Shown here piece by piece: positions 31,116-40,948 of a DNA stretch of 64,000 bases; positions within the stretch are counted from its first letter, which is position 1; each line of letters starts with the position of its first letter. Origin of the DNA: Leptonemataceae bacterium (GTDB taxonomy: Bacteria > Spirochaetota > Leptospiria > Leptospirales > Leptonemataceae); contig OZ245742.1 of assembly GCA_965227295.1 (NCBI GenBank), positions 2,912,001-2,976,000 of the forward strand. Reading direction: 5' to 3'. The notes under the pieces are model-generated. The model saw only the letters and a program-made list of their open reading frames with translations, was not told the DNA's origin and made no database searches. The position numbers and the translations under genes were made by a program.

Positions 31116-32807
31116 ATGACGGTGCACGCCTCTACCCCGTTTGATCTCGATAAAGAAGAACTCGACTCCATGGAAGAGATCATCGGCTCTTTCAACGGAG
31201 AGTCGGAGCCGGCGAGCATTCAGTCCGGCAACATCATCGAAGCGCGGGTCCTGGACGTGGACGAACGCGACGTTTTCCTCGACATCGGCCAGAAGCAGGA
31301 CGGACGTTGTGCCGTCTCCGAATTCGAAGAGCCGCCGGCCCCCGGCGACACCGTGCGCGTCGTAGTACTTCAGACCCAGACCGACGGCATGATCCGCCTC
31401 TCCCGCAAAGAGGCCGATCGTCGCATTGCCTGGGAGAACTTAAAAGAGGCCGCGGAGGCCGACGCGTCGCTGTCCGGTGTCGTGGAGAAAGCTGTGAACC
31501 ACGGCTACATCGTGGACTGCGGCGGGGTGAGTTTGTTCATGCCGCTTTCCCACAGCGATCTCAAGAATCGCAAGGGCAAGCTGGAAGTCGGCAAGGCCGT
31601 GGACTTCAAGATCCTGGAACTGCGCGAGCGGCATCGCTCGGCCGTGGTCAGCCATCGCCTGGTCATTGAACAACGCAACGACGAGAACTGGAACGAGCTC
31701 GCCGAAAAGTTGAACGAGGGCGACGTGACCGAGGGCACCGTCTCCAAGAAGGTATCCTTCGGCGTGTTTGTGAACGTGCTCGGCGTCGAAGGTCTGCTGC
31801 ATCAATCGGACATCTCCTGGAAAAAGTACGCTCCGTTTAAGAATCGTTTCAAGGTCGGCGAAACCGTGCAGGTGAAAATCCTCGGCATGGATCGCGAAAA
31901 CAATCGGCTGTCCCTGGGACTCAAGCAACTCGTCGAGGATCCCTGGACCTGGGCGGAACGCGAGATCAAAGAAGGCGACGTCGTGCGCGGCACCGTTACC
32001 TCGGTCACCGACTACGGCGCGTTCGTGGAAATTCGCGAGGGCCTGGAAGGTTTGATTCACGTCTCCGAACTTACTTACGCGAAACGGCCGCGTCATCCGA
32101 AGCGCTACGTGGAAACCGGCAGCGAGATCGATGTAAAGGTTCTCGGCCTGGACTTCGAGAACCACCGCGTTTCGCTGGGCCTCAAGCAATTAAAAGAAGA
32201 TCCCTGGAACGAAATGGGTTCGGCCATCAAAGTCGGCGACATTCGTGAGGGCAAAGTTACGTCGGTGACGAAGTTCGGCGCCTTCGTCGAAATCAAAGAA
32301 GACGTCGAGGGCCTGGTCCATTTCAAGGATTACTCCTGGGACGAACAACCAAACAAGCAACAACTCAAGAAGGGCGACGAGGTTCGCTACAAGATCCTCG
32401 AAGTCGACCCGAACGAGCGGCGGGTTTCCTGCGGCATCAAGCAACTGGAACCGTCGCCCTACGAAGAACTCAACAAGCGCCACAAGAAAGGCGCCGTGCT
32501 GGACGGCAAAATCATGCGCATCGCTCCGTTCGGCCTGTTCGTGCAAATCGAGGAGGGCTTCGAGGGCCTGGTGCACATCTCCCGCGCGCCGTTGCGCCGG
32601 GACGAAAAACTCGAAGAACGTTACAATGTCGGCGATGCGGTGAAGTGCATCTTGCAGAACATCGACGTGGACAATCGCAAGATTAGCCTCTCGATCAAAG
32701 CTTACGAACAAAAACAAAACCGCGAAATTATGCAACAATACATGAAGAAGGACGATGCGCCGTCCACGTCCAGCCTGGGCGCCTTCCTGAAAAAGGATTC
32801 GCTCTGA
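31116..32807 (+). CDS. rpsA: 30S ribosomal protein S1
   Basis: Six S1 repeats (YGAFVEI, EGLIHVSE, SLGLKQL); follows cmk. Confidence 0.96.
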   Translation: MTVHASTPFDLDKEELDSMEEIIGSFNGESEPASIQSGNIIEARVLDVDERDVFLDIGQKQDGRCAVSEFEEPPAPGDTVRVVVLQTQTDGMIRLSRKEADRRIAWENLKEAAEADASLSGVVEKAVNHGYIVDCGGVSLFMPLSHSDLKNRKGKLEVGKAVDFKILELRERHRSAVVSHRLVIEQRNDENWNELAEKLNEGDVTEGTVSKKVSFGVFVNVLGVEGLLHQSDISWKKYAPFKNRFKVGETVQVKILGMDRENNRLSLGLKQLVEDPWTWAEREIKEGDVVRGTVTSVTDYGAFVEIREGLEGLIHVSELTYAKRPRHPKRYVETGSEIDVKVLGLDFENHRVSLGLKQLKEDPWNEMGSAIKVGDIREGKVTSVTKFGAFVEIKEDVEGLVHFKDYSWDEQPNKQQLKKGDEVRYKILEVDPNERRVSCGIKQLEPSPYEELNKRHKKGAVLDGKIMRIAPFGLFVQIEEGFEGLVHISRAPLRRDEKLEERYNVGDAVKCILQNIDVDNRKISLSIKAYEQKQNREIMQQYMKKDDAPSTSSLGAFLKKDSL

Positions 32808-32813
32808 TCATTT

Positions 32814-33569
32814 ATGGCCCGTAGAAGAAAGACCCGCGAGAAAGCCCGCGAACTCCAGGAAGAATTCGTCCACGATCCGCTGCGAGATTTCGAAGGTAGT
32901 ACCGCCGAACTGTACGTAGCGAAGACGGCCCTCTGGATGCGCGATAATCTGCGCGAGATCCTCATCGGCGGCGCCGTCGTGGCGCTCTTGCTGGTGGGCT
33001 ACATCTTCTATGCCGTGTGGGCGGAGTCGCGGCGAGAGGCGAACCTTATCGCCTTCGAGGAACTACTCGACGAGCCGGTCATGTCCGCGGGCTCAGGCGC
33101 GGAAGACATCGCCATCGAAAAGCTCGATGCGTACATCGCCGAACATTCCGGCAGCGATGCGCGGCGTCGTGCGGAACTGGAAAAGTTGAAGTACCTCGAA
33201 GAGACCGGCGACTTTGCCGGGGCCGGCCGCATCTGCATGGATACCGCGAACGCGGTGGGTACGCCGGAACTGAAGTCCTACTTTTTTCTGCGCGCGGGTT
33301 TTTACTATGAAAAGGCCGACAAGTACGCGCCGGCCCAGGCCGCGTACCGCGACGCGGCGCAGTTCATGCGTGACGACAAGAGCCTCATGAAAGCCAGCGC
33401 CTGGTTCGGTGAGGGCCGCATGCTGTTGCGTATGGGCCAGGAAAAAGAAGCGCGCGAATCCATTCGCCGCATTCTGGAAAACGATAGTCCCGCCATGGAC
33501 CCGGTGCGGACGGCGGCCCTGGCCTATCTCCTGGAAAACACCGGAGCGGAGGCGAGCAGCGGTCCGTGA
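32814..33569 (+). CDS. Membrane-anchored TPR-like protein
   Basis: Single TM helix followed by helical repeats. Confidence 0.7.
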   Translation: MARRRKTREKARELQEEFVHDPLRDFEGSTAELYVAKTALWMRDNLREILIGGAVVALLLVGYIFYAVWAESRREANLIAFEELLDEPVMSAGSGAEDIAIEKLDAYIAEHSGSDARRRAELEKLKYLEETGDFAGAGRICMDTANAVGTPELKSYFFLRAGFYYEKADKYAPAQAAYRDAAQFMRDDKSLMKASAWFGEGRMLLRMGQEKEARESIRRILENDSPAMDPVRTAALAYLLENTGAEASSGP

Positions 33570-34216
33570 GCCGGCGGCCGTTTACGATCGCGTTGCCCGC
33601 CGGCCGGCTTGCCGAAGAGAGCATTGAGTTTTTCGCGCGGGCCGGGCTCGCGCAGTTTGATCTGCCGAAGGACGGACGTTCGCTTACGTTCGTCGATCCC
33701 ACCGGTGAATATCAAATTCTCCTCGTGCGCAGCCAGGATGTGCCCACCTACGTAATTCAGGGCGGGGCCGACGCCGGCATCACCGGCCGCGATGTTTTGC
33801 TCGAAGGCGCTTACGATCTTACCGTGCCGTTGCAGTTGGAGTTCGGCGAGTGCCGGCTCTCGGTGGCCGCTCTGCAACAGGATCGGGACACCGTCCTCAC
33901 AAGACCGCACATTCGTGTGGCCTCGAAGTACCCGCGTCTGGCCGGCGACTTTTTTTATAAGCGCGGGATCAGCTGTGAAATCATCAAGCTGCACGGTTCG
34001 ATCGAGATCGCTCCGGTCCTGGGGCTGGCCGATTGCATCGTGGACCTGGTGAGCACGGGGCGCACGCTCCAGGCGAACGGACTGGTGGAACTCGAATCGA
34101 TCTTATACAGCACCGCCGTGGTGGTGGTCAATCGCTCCGCCTACGCCCTGGAAACGCAACGCATGAACAAAATGCTAACCGCGTTTCGGAAGACATTAGC
34201 CCCGGCGGCGTCCTGA
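33566..34216 (+). CDS. hisG: ATP phosphoribosyltransferase, short form
   Basis: IALPAGRL, DVPTYV, DAGITGRDVLLE, DLVSTGRTLQANGL. Confidence 0.95.
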   Translation: MSRRPFTIALPAGRLAEESIEFFARAGLAQFDLPKDGRSLTFVDPTGEYQILLVRSQDVPTYVIQGGADAGITGRDVLLEGAYDLTVPLQLEFGECRLSVAALQQDRDTVLTRPHIRVASKYPRLAGDFFYKRGISCEIIKLHGSIEIAPVLGLADCIVDLVSTGRTLQANGLVELESILYSTAVVVVNRSAYALETQRMNKMLTAFRKTLAPAAS

Positions 34217-34227
34217 ATTTGTTGCGA

Positions 34228-34545
34228 TTCGCAGCCGCCCCGAACAGTGGGGTAAGTGGCGGCCAATGTGGGCTGAGCCTTTTATGGTTACGACTGGTTC
34301 CAGGCGACAACGGTTGTAGGGCGGGGGAGCGCGGTTGTGGGGCGCACCGGAACAGCGTCTTCGTCGTGAAAATCGCAGCTGCCGGGATCAACACAGTTGC
34401 CGATCCGCGTCCGGGTCGATGCGGACGTTCTTTGCAAAACGACTCACCACAACTCCGAAGAGCCGTAGCAAAAAAATCCCCTTCTCAATCCCGCAACTTA
34501 CCCTGCGAGTCTCACGGCCAACGCCGTGAAGTACAGCGCCACGAA
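34228..34545 (+). repeat. 328-bp repeat family, single diverged copy
   Basis: Shares GCCCCGAA..GTAAGTGGCGGCCA, CTGGTTCCAGGCGAC, GGCGCACCGGAAC.GCGTCTTCGTCGT, TCTTTGCAAAACGA and CCACAACTCCGAAGAGCCGTAGC with 49081-49408, in the same order. Confidence 0.9.
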
Positions 34546-34594
34546 TCAGGACATTAGTTGACTGATGTCGTTTGTCGTTTTACTCATGTCGCAG

Positions 34595-35665
34595 ATGGCC
34601 GGGAAGATCACGCACATTGAGGGCCTGCGGCAGACGTTGCACTTAATGGAGCACGGCAAGGGTGTGGAGCGAGATTTCGCGGAGCGCCTGGGCGAGCGCC
34701 GGCTCTTTCGGTTCGCCTGCCTGGGGGCCGTGGCGCCGGACGTCTTTTATTTTTATCACATCTTCGAACGCAAGAAGAACGCCCTGGGCCTCGCGTGGGG
34801 GAATCGCGCGCACCATTCCCGGGTCTTCGAGTTCGTTGCGCATCTGCTGGACTTTGTGCGGGACGCGGAAGACGAAAACGTCCGCGACAAGTGCCTGGCC
34901 TTCACCGTGGGTTATCTCTGTCATTGCGGCGTGGACATCGTCACGCATCCGTACATCTTTTACATCACCGGCGATCCGTTCAGTGAAGATCGCGAGGAAG
35001 CCTGGGAGGCGCAGAGCCATCACCTGCGCGTGGAGTTCGCCCTGGATTCGTATCTCATGCACCATCGCTGGGGCATGGGGCCGCAGCGTTACGACTTCCT
35101 GCACTACGTCGAGGGCACGCACGATGCCGACGACGACGACCAATTGGACGGCGACATTCGCCGCATGTGGGTGCGCGCGCTGCGGGAAACGTTCCTCGAA
35201 GACTTCGACGAGGAATATCCAGGCGAACCGGACATCGTACGTCCCGGCGATCTGATCAACGATGCTTACCGCGGCTTTCTGCGTTTTTGTTCCTGGACCG
35301 ACGCCCGTTCCTGGATCATTCGAATGATATTGCATCTCATCGACCTGCTCACATTTCGTAAACTTCGCGTGCGCTGGTTGATTCTGCCGCAGCCGCGGCG
35401 CGTAAGCCCGCGCCTGCACAACGAACGCCGGACGGAATGGAAGTACCCCGCGGACCCGGAGCGGCGGTCCACCGAGAGTTTCATGGACCTGGTCCACCGG
35501 GCCGCGGAGTTTTCGGCGGAGCTCGTCGGCGACGGCCTGGCGGTGGCCGCCGGGGAATTGAAGCGCAAGGACTTCCTGAAAAAGTACTCCGGCTACAATC
35601 TCGACACGGGTCTGCGTTCGGATTCTCTGGAGATGCAGGCCTTCGAACCGGTGCGCGATGTTTGA
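34595..35665 (+). CDS. Zinc-dependent phospholipase C family protein
   Basis: N-terminal TH, GAVAPD, GYLCHCGVDIVTHPY, HLRVE; start could be 34565 or 34586. Confidence 0.8.
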   Translation: MAGKITHIEGLRQTLHLMEHGKGVERDFAERLGERRLFRFACLGAVAPDVFYFYHIFERKKNALGLAWGNRAHHSRVFEFVAHLLDFVRDAEDENVRDKCLAFTVGYLCHCGVDIVTHPYIFYITGDPFSEDREEAWEAQSHHLRVEFALDSYLMHHRWGMGPQRYDFLHYVEGTHDADDDDQLDGDIRRMWVRALRETFLEDFDEEYPGEPDIVRPGDLINDAYRGFLRFCSWTDARSWIIRMILHLIDLLTFRKLRVRWLILPQPRRVSPRLHNERRTEWKYPADPERRSTESFMDLVHRAAEFSAELVGDGLAVAAGELKRKDFLKKYSGYNLDTGLRSDSLEMQAFEPVRDV

Positions 35666-35702
35666 ATGGTAATCATTTATTGGTGTAAGTTAAGGAGATA
35701 GT

Positions 35703-36425
35703 ATGATGTTTCGAAAATCTTTGCGCCGCTTCGTTGCCGGCACCGTAGTTTTGGCCCTGGCGGTATTCGTTTTGCACTGCGGGGAAAGCGGCGAGGTTCG
35801 TTACATGCGCAGCGGTCAGATCTTCAAAGACGCGGACCTCAAGAGCGCCGTTATGTGGTTGTCCCAGGGCGAGAAGGTAGTCATCCTTGAGGCCGGAGAC
35901 AAAGCGACGAAGGTCCGCCTCACCGACGGCAAAGAGGGTTTCGTAGAAACGAAACGTCTGCGGGATCTCGTGGGTGTCCTGAAGACCGACGACGTGACGT
36001 TGCGCCTGCGTCCCAGCGCTTCGTCCGGCGAGGCGCCCAGCGGCAAGTTCATGAAAACCGGTACCGTGTTCTTCGTGAAAGAGCAGGAACAGAACGACGA
36101 GGGTTTGTGGTTCAACGTGGACGGGCGCAACGGCAAGTACTTCGCCGGCTGGTTGCAATCGGAAGTTTCTTACACCGACGATCTGGCCACCGTGCGCCAG
36201 GGGTTGGAACTGGAGAAGGCCGTGCGCGAAAAAGACGTGGATAAGATCGATGAGCTGGCCGGCGAAAGCGGGCCCATCGGCATCGCGGCAGCGGCAGCCC
36301 TGGTAGAACTGAACGGTGTGACCGAGGAAGAAGGCGAAGACGGGGCACCGGAAGACGCGCCCATCGAGGACCAGGCCGACGAAGAAGACAGCATAGATGA
36401 ACCGCCTCCGCCTCCGTCCATTTAA
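35703..36425 (+). CDS. Lipoprotein with SH3-like domains
   Basis: AAGGAG RBS; spirochete-type lipobox VLHC; KVRLTDGKEGFV and FAGWL SH3b-like motifs. Confidence 0.7.
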   Translation: MMFRKSLRRFVAGTVVLALAVFVLHCGESGEVRYMRSGQIFKDADLKSAVMWLSQGEKVVILEAGDKATKVRLTDGKEGFVETKRLRDLVGVLKTDDVTLRLRPSASSGEAPSGKFMKTGTVFFVKEQEQNDEGLWFNVDGRNGKYFAGWLQSEVSYTDDLATVRQGLELEKAVREKDVDKIDELAGESGPIGIAAAAALVELNGVTEEEGEDGAPEDAPIEDQADEEDSIDEPPPPPSI

Positions 36426-37242
36426 GCGGCTTGCCGCGCTGTTGCTTATGAGTGCACTGAGTTGCACTGAAGAGCAGTTAGCCACCGAAGTCCTGCGCTT
36501 CGCGCCGCCGGTTTTCGACCAGGTCCTCGTTGTCGAAAGCACGGCGGCCGGCGAGCGCGTTTCCATTCGGAACTCCGCCGGCGATACATTGCGTTCGCTG
36601 GAGTTCGAGGCGCCCCGGGTTCCGGTCAAAGATACGGGTGAGCTCCGCATTCCGCGCGGACTGAAGGTCCTCGGCCAGGGCGCGCCGCGCGGACGTTTCG
36701 ACAGCCTCGGCGCCGTCCTGTTACTGGAGCATGCCGGTACGCCGGGAAAATCGTTCTTCGTGGAGTACGCGGCGCCGGTGCCGGGCGAATTCGCGGCGGA
36801 GTATCGTTTCATGGTCTTCACGGACGGCCGTCGTTCTTACGACAGCGTTTTTGCAGAGGGCGCAGGCAGTCTTGTCTACAACGGCTTCGAGTTTGTTGCG
36901 TGTCCCGAACAACGTGTCTGTCCCATGGTCGCATCCACGGAAGGTACCGCGCTGAACCTGGCGAACGCCGGCGTGCCGGGCGCGGCGTCGATTCGGGCGG
37001 TGTTGCTTGCGGAGGACGCGTTCGTCGAGTTGCCGGTGCCACAGTCCCGGGGGTCGTGGGCGCAGACGCCGCTCCGGATTCCGGCAGTCTGCGAAACGGA
37101 AACCTGCCTTTTGTGGCTGCGCGCAGAACCGACTCTGGTGCCGCCGCGGAACAGCCTCGTGCCGGTTCGCAAGGGGCCGGACGGCTTGATGGGTTATGTC
37201 CTGCGTTTGCAAGCGGAAAGTTCCGGCGAAAAAAATGAGTAA
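36397..37242 (+). CDS. Hypothetical lipoprotein
   Basis: Basic N-terminus, hydrophobic core, ALSC lipobox. Confidence 0.6.
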   Translation: MNRLRLRPFKRLAALLLMSALSCTEEQLATEVLRFAPPVFDQVLVVESTAAGERVSIRNSAGDTLRSLEFEAPRVPVKDTGELRIPRGLKVLGQGAPRGRFDSLGAVLLLEHAGTPGKSFFVEYAAPVPGEFAAEYRFMVFTDGRRSYDSVFAEGAGSLVYNGFEFVACPEQRVCPMVASTEGTALNLANAGVPGAASIRAVLLAEDAFVELPVPQSRGSWAQTPLRIPAVCETETCLLWLRAEPTLVPPRNSLVPVRKGPDGLMGYVLRLQAESSGEKNE

Positions 37243-37272
37243 CTCCATACGGCCGACCGGGTCTAACGGCAT

Positions 37273-38046
37273 ATGCACGTAACGCGCACGTACGGATCTT
37301 TGCTGACTTTTACTCTCGCAGTACTTGCGACGCTGGTTTTCACCGCTCCCGCCACCCTGCACGCCGCCGAACCGGACTGGGGCGTCTACTCGGACATCTT
37401 AAAAAAGAACGTCGGCCGTTCCACCGTCGACGGCATTCGCACGAACTTCGTAAACTACGCGGGCATCAAGGCCGACGCGCGCTGGCCGGGTGTCGTAAAG
37501 ATGATCGCGGAGTATCCCGCGGCGAACTTAAAGACTCGCCGGGAGAAGTTAGCGTTTTACATCAATGCTTACAACATTCTGGTCATCAATCTCATCGTCC
37601 AGAACCACCCCGTAAGCGACATCAACAAACTCGGCACGAGCGCGCAGCCGGTCTGGAAGAAGACCGCCGGCACCGTGGCCGGGCGGGCCGTGAGCCTCGA
37701 TTACCTCGAACACAAGATCGTGCGGCCCTTCGGCGATGCGCGCATTCACTTCGCGTTGAACTGTGCGGCGCTGTCGTGCCCGGACCTGCGCAACGAGGCC
37801 TACACCGCGGCGAAACTCTACGAGCAGCTCTGGATCCAGACGAATTCGTTCTTAAAGAATTCCGGCAAGGGCGTGCGGGTGGATGAGGCGCAGAAGACCG
37901 TTCACGTTACGAAACTCTTCGAGTGGTTCGCCGAAGATTTCAAGGGCGGCACCGAGGCTTTTGTGCGCAAGTATCGTAAGGACATCCCCGCGGGCTATAA
38001 GTACGTGACGGACATCGAGTACCGGTGGCGCCTGAACGGAAAGTGA
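37273..38046 (+). CDS. DUF547 domain-containing secreted protein
   Basis: LAFYINAYN, LEHKIVR, DARIHFALNCAALSCP. Confidence 0.9.
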   Translation: MHVTRTYGSLLTFTLAVLATLVFTAPATLHAAEPDWGVYSDILKKNVGRSTVDGIRTNFVNYAGIKADARWPGVVKMIAEYPAANLKTRREKLAFYINAYNILVINLIVQNHPVSDINKLGTSAQPVWKKTAGTVAGRAVSLDYLEHKIVRPFGDARIHFALNCAALSCPDLRNEAYTAAKLYEQLWIQTNSFLKNSGKGVRVDEAQKTVHVTKLFEWFAEDFKGGTEAFVRKYRKDIPAGYKYVTDIEYRWRLNGK

Positions 38047-38054
38047 GGCTCTGC

Positions 38055-38969
38055 TTACGGAAAACCCGGCAGCGGCCGTCCGTCTTCGAAGCCGCCTTCT
38101 TTCAGTTGTTTGATGATGGCCTGTTTCGCCTCGTCGTCGAGGAGTTCCCAGTACGGCAGTTCGCTCAGGCGGTCCTCCAGGGTTTCGTAGGGTTCGTCGT
38201 CGTCGAAGGGATCGAAGCCGGCCCAACCTACCAGAAAGTCGAAGAGTTCGCCGGGATTCAGTCCCAGGCGCAGGCCCAGGAAGAGGCCGGCCTGGATTTC
38301 CAACTGCGTGAAGTAGTAAGCGGGGGCCCAGTCGGTCTCGTCGCTTTTTAAGAGGGAACGATAACGATGGGCCGGCTCTTCGGTGCCGAAGGGGGCCAGG
38401 GCGTGCATGAGTTTGCCCCGGGGTCCCAGGACTACCGGATCTTCATTAGCTGTTTGTGCGTCATTGTTAGCGGGCCGGCCTTCGCCCGCGGCCGCATTGT
38501 TCGCGAGGCCGGAAGAACTCTGCGAGGCCGGCAGACCGAAGAGGCCGCCGTCTTCGCCGGATTCGTCGCCATCTCCGGCGTCCCCGTCGCTCTCTACGCC
38601 CTCGTCGTCTGCCTCGTCCCGCTCCGGTTTCCAGTCATCGAAGCGGATCTCTTGATCGTCGAAGTACGACGCGCCGAAGAAGAACGCGGTAAAGTCCGCG
38701 GAGTAGTGCCGCCCGGCATCGCCGCCGCGCAGTCCGTACGAGGCGCCGTCCTCGGACTTGTAGTTCAGGCCGGCCTTGAGCGGACCCGTGCGCACGGAGG
38801 CGCCGTAGGAACCGGTTTCCACCTCGGCGGTGAGGACGTCTTTCGTGTCGTTCCAGCGATTGCGGACGTACTCGCCCGTGCATTGGGAGGTTAAGAGAAG
38901 TACAACCACCGAGGCGCCGAGGGCTCCGAGGTTTTTTCTGGAGGGTTTCTGTCTGATTGTGGTCATCAT
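38055..38969 (-). CDS. Putative lipoprotein (resembles leptospiral LIC13411-type family); paralog of 52355-52948
   Basis: LLTSQC lipobox, YVRNRWNDTKDV, C-terminal GLRLGLNPGELFDFLVGWAGFDPFDDD. Confidence 0.65.
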   Translation of the reverse strand: MMTTIRQKPSRKNLGALGASVVVLLLTSQCTGEYVRNRWNDTKDVLTAEVETGSYGASVRTGPLKAGLNYKSEDGASYGLRGGDAGRHYSADFTAFFFGASYFDDQEIRFDDWKPERDEADDEGVESDGDAGDGDESGEDGGLFGLPASQSSSGLANNAAAGEGRPANNDAQTANEDPVVLGPRGKLMHALAPFGTEEPAHRYRSLLKSDETDWAPAYYFTQLEIQAGLFLGLRLGLNPGELFDFLVGWAGFDPFDDDEPYETLEDRLSELPYWELLDDEAKQAIIKQLKEGGFEDGRPLPGFP

Positions 38970-39042
38970 GCTAAGATTACGATGAATAAAACCTAAAATT
39001 TTTCTCTATCTTACCCCTCGGCGTCCTCGGAGCCTCGGTGGT
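38905..39042. repeat. REP/REPIN-like inverted repeat pair (27-bp arms)
   Basis: 38905-38931 and the reverse complement of 39016-39042 match at 24/27; AT-rich spacer between them. Confidence 0.8.
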
Positions 39043-39050
39043 ATCCCTTC

Positions 39051-39431
39051 TTAAAACCCCTGCGGCCAGCATTGTTTGCAGCCCTTGATGCTCAGCTTCA
39101 GTCGGTCCACCCGCGGATCGGAGAGGGCCAGGATGACTTCGTCCTTCGCCACCTTGTTTTTGCACACCGGGCACTGGCGCTTACGATTCGAGAGCCCCAT
39201 GCAGTACGGGCAACCCTTGATGCGCGTCTGCACTTCCACCTCGCCGATCTCGGTTTGGTCGGATCGAATGCGTTCGCCCTTCATCAACGGATGTTTGCAC
39301 AGCGGGCAGAACCCCTTCGGCTTTTCTTCTTCGTCGCTGCTCGTGCCGATCTTGAACAGCATCCACAGCAGCACCGCGATCAGTGCCAGGCCGAGGCCGA
39401 AGAGGACGAGGTAACCGTCGCTGCCGCTCAT
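39051..39431 (-). CDS. Membrane-anchored protein with four CxxC motifs
   Basis: N-terminal TM; CPLC, CPYC, CPVC, CKQC. Confidence 0.75.
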   Translation of the reverse strand: MSGSDGYLVLFGLGLALIAVLLWMLFKIGTSSDEEEKPKGFCPLCKHPLMKGERIRSDQTEIGEVEVQTRIKGCPYCMGLSNRKRQCPVCKNKVAKDEVILALSDPRVDRLKLSIKGCKQCWPQGF

Positions 39432-39643
39432 TGTTCCAACAACGCCATTACTTCCCGGTAGACCTTAAACAAATCGCCGGTGCCGATCAAGAAGAACAGC
39501 AAGCCCAGATAAAAATAGAACCGCAACGACCGCCGTTCTTCCCGGGGCGCCAGGACGAAGCGTACGATCATGTAGACGCTCCAGCCGGTCATCAACAAAC
39601 CGACGACGACGGCAATGCCGACCAACATCCATTCGCGAACCAC
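39428..39643 (-). CDS. Small two-TM membrane protein
   Basis: Two hydrophobic helices; ATGA overlap with the downstream gene. Confidence 0.65.
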   Translation of the reverse strand: MVREWMLVGIAVVVGLLMTGWSVYMIVRFVLAPREERRSLRFYFYLGLLFFLIGTGDLFKVYREVMALLEQ

Positions 39644-39695
39644 GGGTCACAATCGAAGACGCACTGAAGAAAAACAGAAGAAAATCTTTTTTGAA

Positions 39696-39817
39696 GGGGG
39701 GCAAAGCCCCCCTGGCTGCGGCCTGCGTCGCTTCGCGAACGCGCAGGTCTCGCCTGCGGCGACCGCGCCACCCTCCGGGCAGCGCTGACCTGCGCTCGCA
39801 GTCCTCCGCCACCCCCC
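39696..39817 (+). repeat. Structured element family A, copy 2 (free-standing)
   Basis: Collinear with 8345-8468 with compensatory substitutions. Confidence 0.8.
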
Positions 39818-39843
39818 GCCGTCCACTCCTTCTGAAATTCTTC

Positions 39844-39870
39844 CCTCGGTGTTCTCTGTGCCTCTGTGGC
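39844..39870. repeat. Lone REP-like arm related to 39016-39042
   Basis: CCTCGGTGTTCTCTGTGCCTCTGTGGC versus CCTCGGCGTCCTCGGAGCCTCGGTGGT. Confidence 0.6.
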
Positions 39871-39915
39871 CAAAAAAAAGTAGCAACAGGACGCCCCGCG
39901 AAACCACTATCACCC

Positions 39916-40884
39916 ATGCGCGTACTATCCGGAATTCAGCCGAGCGGACAGCCGCACCTGGGGAACTACTTCTCGATGATGAAACGCATGATCGAGTACC
40001 AGGAATCCTCGGAGCTGTTTTGTTTTATTGCGAACTATCATTCTTTGACGACCGTGGACGACGGCGAGACCCTGGCCGAAAACACCCTGGGCGTGGCCGC
40101 GGACTTTCTCGCGCTGGGCCTCGACCCGGAGCGTTCGGTGTTCTGGGCGCAGTCGGACGTGCCCGAGGTTCTGGAGCTCGCCTGGTTGTTGGCCCAGCAC
40201 ATTACGGTGCCGCAACTGGAACTCGGCCACTCGTTCAAGGACAAGGTGGCCCAGGGTTTTCCGGCGTCGTGCGGTTTGTTTTATTATCCCGTGCTCATGG
40301 CCGCGGACATTTTGTTGTTCGGGGCGGAGAAGATTCCCGTGGGCAAAGATCAAAAGCAACACCTGGAAATGACGCGGGACATGTGCCAGCGCTTCAATCG
40401 TCAGTACGGCGAAACGTTTCGCATGCCGGAGCCGGACATCCTGAAAGACGTGGCCACGGTGCCCGGCGTGGACGGCCGCAAGATGTCCAAGTCGTACAAC
40501 AACGCCATCTATCCCTTCGCTCCCGAAAAGAAACTCAAGAAAGCGGTCATGTCCATCGAGACCGACTCAACGCCCGTCGAAGAACCGAAGCCGTACGCGG
40601 ATACGCCGTTGTTTGATATTTACAAATTGTTTCTGAACTCCAAAGAAGAAGAGCAGGCGGTGATCGAACGTTTTCAGACTCCCGGCGTCGGCTACGGGCA
40701 CATCAAGCAGGAATTGCTGGCGAAGATCCTCGAGTACTTCGGCGAACAACGCGAACGGCGCGAAGAGATTATGAAACGTCCCGATGACATCCGCGACATG
40801 CTGAAGAGCGGCGCCACAAAGGCCCGGGACGTGGCGCGTTCGTACATCGAGAAGGCGCGGGAGGCCGTGGGGTTGGGGTATTGA
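39916..40884 (+). CDS. trpS: Tryptophan--tRNA ligase
   Basis: MRVLSGIQPSG, HLGNY, YPVLMAADIL, VGKDQKQH, KMSKS. Confidence 0.97.
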   Translation: MRVLSGIQPSGQPHLGNYFSMMKRMIEYQESSELFCFIANYHSLTTVDDGETLAENTLGVAADFLALGLDPERSVFWAQSDVPEVLELAWLLAQHITVPQLELGHSFKDKVAQGFPASCGLFYYPVLMAADILLFGAEKIPVGKDQKQHLEMTRDMCQRFNRQYGETFRMPEPDILKDVATVPGVDGRKMSKSYNNAIYPFAPEKKLKKAVMSIETDSTPVEEPKPYADTPLFDIYKLFLNSKEEEQAVIERFQTPGVGYGHIKQELLAKILEYFGEQRERREEIMKRPDDIRDMLKSGATKARDVARSYIEKAREAVGLGY

Positions 40885-40948
40885 GCGGCGACGTGTAGTA
40901 AACTTTCCCGTAACCCAGGGCAACCTCCGGCATCCTAATTCCGGCTCC

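Noticed and set aside
39696..39915. T-box riboswitch upstream of trpS
   Set aside because: No T-box consensus is visible, and the structure is the same element found inside the IS.
39691..39915. N-terminal extensions of trpS (and of glyQS, cmk and the 57415 regulator) in the ORF track
   Set aside because: Conserved sequence begins at downstream starts; the extensions cross repeats or neighbouring genes.
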